Part shown: one piece after another, positions 28,000-32,000 of the stretch
Position numbering within the stretch: the stretch's first letter is position 1
Layout of the letters: each line of letters opens with the position of its first letter
Source of the DNA: Candidatus Electrothrix sp. GW3-4
GTDB taxonomy: Bacteria > Desulfobacterota > Desulfobulbia > Desulfobulbales > Desulfobulbaceae
NCBI RefSeq assembly: GCF_037902255.1
Contig: NZ_CP147990.1
Span: 1,080,001-1,112,000 of the forward strand
DNA: 32,000 bases
Direction of reading: 5' to 3'
The notes under the pieces: model-generated
The model's input: only the letters and a program-made list of their open reading frames with translations
The model's database searches: none
Told to the model about the DNA's origin: nothing
Made by a program: the position numbers and the translations under genes

Positions 28000-28200
28000 T
28001 CACTCATCCGGCCCGGCATCATAATCATCAATGCGCTGCTGAAGTTTTTCCGCAGCAACCTCATTCCAGTGTCGAATGTTGCTCAGGACCATGTCGTCTG
28101 GTAAGGTCCTTTTCCATGAATTGATTGTCCCTAGCAGACTGTTGTCCGCGCCAAGCAGGGTAAGTGCCTTATGTAATTCTCTGATAATTGTTCTTTCCAT
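28000..28200 (-). CDS. Hypothetical small protein (66-77 aa)
   Basis: This ORF lies between modA and ppcA (MERTIIRELHKALTLLGADNSLLGTINSWKRTLPDD...). The start is ambiguous (ATG 28200 or TTG 28233). No family was recognised. Confidence 0.3.
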   Translation of the reverse strand: MERTIIRELHKALTLLGADNSLLGTINSWKRTLPDDMVLSNIRHWNEVAAEKLQQRIDDYDAGPDE

Positions 28201-28263
28201 AATGCGCGGTGCATCCCTCCAAAAATGCTCCAACTCGTAGTAGCCAACTCATCGCCGAGCTGG

Positions 28264-29013
28264 TTAATCTTCCACCTTAAAACCAAACTGTTGTAATACT
28301 TTTTTCGCATCAGGTGTGCCCATGTATTCGTATAATGCCTTTGCTGCTGCTTTTTTTGCGCCGGACGCGGTCAGGCCGACAGGATAAGCCACTCGGTCAT
28401 GATAATCGTCCGGTACTGTAAAGAGAATTTCTGCATTCCGGGCCATGAGGGCATCGGTTCGGTAGACAAAGGCTCCGTCCACCTCGCCCCGGTCTGCATA
28501 GAGCAGGGCCTGGCGTACATCTTTGGCCAGAACCAGCTTGTTTGCCTGTCTAAGTGCTGTATATATTTTGGCATGCTCCAGGGTCTGCTTGCTGTATTGG
28601 CCCGCTGGAACACTCTTCGGGCTGCCGATGGCAATGCGCTCAAGCTCGGTAAGTTTCTCTAAGGTGAGAGGGGATGAACGTTTTTCTCCGAGAAAGACCA
28701 GCTTATTATAGGCAAGGATGCGGTTGTTCTTCGGGGCGATAAGTTGCTTTTCCACCAGGTAGTTCACCCATTTGGGATTGGCGGAAATATAGAGATCACC
28801 GGGAGCACCTTGGTCAATCTGTTTGGCCAGTCCTCCAGAGGAACCAAAATTGGTTTGGATTTTTACCTGAGGATGGCTGACGTGAAAGTCGGTAATGATT
28901 TCTTTGATGGCATCGGTCATGCTGGCAGCAGCAGAAAGATAAACGGTCTCTGCCGAAGCAGCAACTGGAAAGAGGTGGAAGAGGAACAGAATAATCAGGG
29001 TTTTTATCTTCAT
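28264..29013 (-). CDS. modA: Molybdate ABC transporter periplasmic binding protein
   Basis: A signal peptide is followed by VYLSAAASMTDAIKEI...FGSSGGLAKQIDQGAPGDLYISAN, typical of ModA. Confidence 0.9.
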   Translation of the reverse strand: MKIKTLIILFLFHLFPVAASAETVYLSAAASMTDAIKEIITDFHVSHPQVKIQTNFGSSGGLAKQIDQGAPGDLYISANPKWVNYLVEKQLIAPKNNRILAYNKLVFLGEKRSSPLTLEKLTELERIAIGSPKSVPAGQYSKQTLEHAKIYTALRQANKLVLAKDVRQALLYADRGEVDGAFVYRTDALMARNAEILFTVPDDYHDRVAYPVGLTASGAKKAAAKALYEYMGTPDAKKVLQQFGFKVED

Positions 29014-29066
29014 GAGCGTTTCCTTTTTTCTATGGAAGAGATTTTTTTTTGCAAGAGTTCAGGGCT

Positions 29067-29873
29067 TCAGGTTACAGCAAGAAGCACGTCCGAGGCTTTA
29101 ATGATCGCAGAAACAGGCGCGCCAAGGGTTAATCCCAGGCGTTGGACGCTGGCCGAGGTGATGATGGAGGTGACGGTGCTGCCCCCAGCGAGTTCTATGG
29201 TAACTTCATCATTCACCGCCCCCGCAATGATGCTGCTGATGGTGCCGGTGAGGATGTTGCGGGCCGAGATCTTCTGGGGATCAATATCCATTCCCAGGGT
29301 GACGCAGGACGCCTTGACAATGGCCATGACCTCCAGGCCTCTTTCCAGGCCCAGACGCGTGACCGAGGCATCGGTGATCATGGAGGTAATACGATCCTGC
29401 CCCTTGAGCTGGATATGCACCACGCTGTTAACGGCGCCGTGTTGAATTTCGACCACCTGGCCGACCCAGACGTTGCGGGCACTCAGTTTCATTTCGATTC
29501 TCCGTAGGGTTTGGATGGTGGTCAGGGCCTCCTGTGGGTCCTCAGTAGCAAATTGTTTAAACTGGGTGAACTCACGCTGCAGCAGTTTGATTCGATTGAG
29601 CAGCAGCTGCCCCTCTTCGGTGAGTGAGGAACCACCACCACCGCTGCCTCCCACCCTTTTGTTGAGCAGGGGGTAGGAAAGCAGGTTGTTGAGCTGACAG
29701 ATCTTCTGCCAGGCTGTTCGATACTGTATCCCCACGGCTTGGGCCGCCTTATTGATGGAGCCTGTTCGTTCCAGGGCCTGGAGAAGGGCGATGGTGGGTT
29801 TTTCTTCTGCCCAGCCCATGATCTCATAGAGGACGTTTTCAGGCTTGCTTTCTTTGGTGACGTGTTCCGACAT
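29067..29873 (-). CDS. modE: Molybdenum-dependent transcriptional regulator ModE (wHTH plus tandem Mop/TOBE)
   Basis: ALLQALERTGSINKAAQAVGIQYRTAWQKI....RVGGSGGGGSSLTEEG is the ModE N-domain. Two C-terminal Mop repeats are present (SARNVWVGQV..., SARNILTGTI...). Confidence 0.85.
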   Translation of the reverse strand: MSEHVTKESKPENVLYEIMGWAEEKPTIALLQALERTGSINKAAQAVGIQYRTAWQKICQLNNLLSYPLLNKRVGGSGGGGSSLTEEGQLLLNRIKLLQREFTQFKQFATEDPQEALTTIQTLRRIEMKLSARNVWVGQVVEIQHGAVNSVVHIQLKGQDRITSMITDASVTRLGLERGLEVMAIVKASCVTLGMDIDPQKISARNILTGTISSIIAGAVNDEVTIELAGGSTVTSIITSASVQRLGLTLGAPVSAIIKASDVLLAVT

Positions 29874-30087
29874 GGTGGCTTCATTCTAGAGTTGTTGAGT
29901 TATCCAGAGAGCGCTGTGTTTACGCGCAAGATGAGACAGGGGGTAACGAGTTTTCAACGCTTATCTCCTCCTTTTGCATTGCGTTTCTTGCTTGGAGTGG
30001 TACTGTTTTTTTGAGGAATGCATTGTATACGCTATCAGGTCGTAGGGTTGGCGAATATCTTATGAATACCTACCAAGGGAGCTTTTT

Positions 30088-30975
30088 ATGGATCCACAAC
30101 AGATTGCCTATCTCGGGCTCGGCATGATGGGCCGGGAAATGGCCCTTAACCTTGCAGAAGATGGCGTACTGGTCGTTGTTTGGAATAGAACCCCAGCAAA
30201 GGCCGAAGCCCTTGTCTGTGAAAATATCCGTGCTGTTGCCTCGCCCCAGGAGGCGGTCACCTCAGGTGGAATTGCTCTTTCCTGTCTTGCCAACGATGAG
30301 GCGGTGGAGGCGGTTTGTAGTGATGATTTTCTCCAGGCCTTAGGCCCAGGCGGTGTACATATCTCCATGTCGACCATCTCGCCAACAACAGCAGAAAAGT
30401 TGAGCAGGCGTCATGCAGGATACGGGGTGGATTATGTTGCTGCTCCTGTCCTGGGGCGCCCTGATTTTGTTAAGGCCCGTAGCCAGCGTTTTCTCCTCTC
30501 TGGTCCTCCTGCCAGCTGTGAGCGTGCGCAACCAATCCTGGAATCCTTGGGCTCCCAGGTCTTTCCGCTTGGCGAAGAGCCGCGTGCCGCTCATGCGGCT
30601 AAACTTGCCTTTAATTACACCATTGCTACCTCCATTACCCTGATGAGCGAGGCCTTTGCCCTGGCAGAAAAAAGCGGGGTTGATCGCAAGGTCATGCATA
30701 GTCTCATGGTGGATACGGTCTATAATTGCCCACTGTTTCAGGGCTATGGGCAGCAGATTGTTGACGATAATGTTGATGATCCGCTTTTTAAGCTCTCTCT
30801 CGGGTACAAGGATATGTCTCTTGTTGCTGATCTGGCTCGGGAGTCCCTTGTTCCTATGCCTGTTGGTCTTGCCGTTTATGAAACCTATCAACGGGCAATG
30901 GCTGCTGGTATGCAAGGTCTTGACTGGAGCGGAGTCAACCGGATTGTCCGTCAGGGAGCAGGGGAGAAAGAGTAG
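30088..30975 (+). CDS. NAD(P)-dependent beta-hydroxyacid dehydrogenase family oxidoreductase (3-hydroxyisobutyrate / 6-PGDH NAD-binding type)
   Basis: It has the Rossmann motif IAYLGLGMMGREMALNL and a family-typical length and central region. Substrate is not assignable. Confidence 0.7.
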   Translation: MDPQQIAYLGLGMMGREMALNLAEDGVLVVVWNRTPAKAEALVCENIRAVASPQEAVTSGGIALSCLANDEAVEAVCSDDFLQALGPGGVHISMSTISPTTAEKLSRRHAGYGVDYVAAPVLGRPDFVKARSQRFLLSGPPASCERAQPILESLGSQVFPLGEEPRAAHAAKLAFNYTIATSITLMSEAFALAEKSGVDRKVMHSLMVDTVYNCPLFQGYGQQIVDDNVDDPLFKLSLGYKDMSLVADLARESLVPMPVGLAVYETYQRAMAAGMQGLDWSGVNRIVRQGAGEKE

Positions 30976-30996
30976 GTTTTCTTTGCTCGCTTGATA

Positions 30997-31839
30997 TCAA
31001 CGGAGCGAAATAGTCACGCCCAGATCAGCAGGTTTTGCATGAAAGACTGAACTGAGAACAATACCGTCCACCCCGGTGCGGGCGTAGTCCTGGACATTCT
31101 CTGGCCCAACGCCGCCTGCACTGAGGACCACCAGGTTCGGGAAGCTGGCCTTGAGCTCAGGGCACCAGGTACTGAGATCCTGCGGGGAGACCTTGTCGAA
31201 CTGCACAGCATCTGTTCCGGCCTCTGCCGCTTGTACGGCCTGATCCAGGTCATCGCACTCCACAGTGATTTTCTGCTCACAGGCCGCTGCCTTCATATCG
31301 GCAAGCAAAGCAGGTAAGGCAGCCCGCCCGCCGAGCAGATTGAGATGATTTGCAAAGATCAGGATCGTCTCAGATAAACCCAGCCGATGCGGGACAGCTC
31401 CACCCGCCAGGATGGCCTTGATCAGCGGCTTCTTTAATCCTGGTTGATGCTTGCGGGTGACCAGCAGAGGAATGTCGCTGTATTCTCTAACCTTGTTGAC
31501 CATCTCAGCGGTGTGGGTGGCCACCCCGCACATATATTCCAGCAGGTTCATGGCTACCTTCCAGCCCCGATGCAGGGCCCCGGCTGGTCCTTCTGCGCTG
31601 AGGAGGACACTCTGGGCCGGGACATCCTCACCTGAGGGACAAATATTGCGCACGCAGCAGCCGAGAATCTCAAAGATGCGTCCGGCTTCTTCTGTCAGGG
31701 CCACCCTGGTTGGGTGTCGGGTTGCGATCTGGAGAATACCGGGCTGGTTATTCAGCCCCAGTAGGTGGCTGGTTAGATCAACCAGAGGAGCATCTTCATT
31801 AATCCACTGTTCAATTTCTTCAGTTGTAAAAAAGATCAT
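30997..31839 (-). CDS. modD: ModD / quinolinate phosphoribosyltransferase-like protein
   Basis: The 280-aa product has a QPRTase-type fold pattern (EDAPLVDLTS..., TRKHQPGLK, HRLGLSE, ...ECDDLDQAVQAAEAGTDAVQFDK, SAGGV). It lies close to mod genes. The modD versus nadC call is tentative. Confidence 0.55.
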   Translation of the reverse strand: MIFFTTEEIEQWINEDAPLVDLTSHLLGLNNQPGILQIATRHPTRVALTEEAGRIFEILGCCVRNICPSGEDVPAQSVLLSAEGPAGALHRGWKVAMNLLEYMCGVATHTAEMVNKVREYSDIPLLVTRKHQPGLKKPLIKAILAGGAVPHRLGLSETILIFANHLNLLGGRAALPALLADMKAAACEQKITVECDDLDQAVQAAEAGTDAVQFDKVSPQDLSTWCPELKASFPNLVVLSAGGVGPENVQDYARTGVDGIVLSSVFHAKPADLGVTISLR

Positions 31840-32000
31840 TATATTCTTTTGGTAAAATTATATGTTAGCTGAAAAAGGGCAGCATAGGCCGTGTCATCAG
31901 TCAGGAAATCCTGCTCCCTGTTTACTGCTTCCGCAATGGCATCGCCAGGGAAAAAGACAGATGCCCCGGCCCTGAGCTTCCAGCAGGGATTGATCTTCCA
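31839..32000 (-). CDS. 3' end of an unidentified CDS continuing beyond the window
   Basis: The frame is open from the window edge (...PGDAIAEAVNREQDFLTDDTAYAALFQLTYNFTKRI). It ends in a TAA that overlaps the modD ATG (TAATG), suggesting translational coupling. Confidence 0.4.
   Translation of the reverse strand, partial: WKINPCWKLRAGASVFFPGDAIAEAVNREQDFLTDDTAYAALFQLTYNFTKRI

Noticed and set aside
29874-30087. Possible molybdenum-cofactor riboswitch or ModE operator in the modE upstream region. The short modE-modA spacer 29014..29066 was checked as well.
   Set aside because: I could not recognise the conserved Moco-riboswitch core or a convincing ModE-type palindrome by eye. This would need an Rfam covariance search.

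Overview
The window looks like chromosomal DNA from an anaerobic Gram-negative bacterium, judged by gene content only; taxonomy is not established. GC is about 50-55% by eye. Bases 1-20,000 are mostly housekeeping and envelope genes: eptA with a decayed PAP2 remnant, skp, an Fe-S/DUF3786 gene, a heptose-7-P kinase, a large CLCA-like metalloprotease-vWA secreted protein, yicC-remA-gmk, rlmB, a frameshifted glsB/yeaQ-like gene, a tandem USP, a SulP permease, mtnA, a 4Fe-4S protein and a CaCA antiporter. The rest is a molybdate locus (modE-modA ... modB-modC, with modD further on). modA and modB are separated by about 7.5 kb of mosaic accessory DNA. That DNA holds a frameshifted PIN-toxin cassette flanked by a 93-bp duplication of the modB 5' end, an AT-rich orphan 2-TM protein, an IS1634-family IS, hicAB, an IS110-family element and an archaeal-type PEP carboxylase. 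The strongest finding is the IS110-family (IS621-like) element at about 25004-26400. Its roughly 200-nt 5' non-coding end folds into a hairpin plus two stem-enclosed loops. Those loops carry four short segments that match or complement the element's own left and right junctions around a shared CT core, which is a bridge-RNA-type bispecific guide. A sigma70 promoter (TTGACG-17 nt-TATTAT) would form only when the two ends are joined in a circle. All calls come from reading the sequence and ORF translations, and no database search was run.
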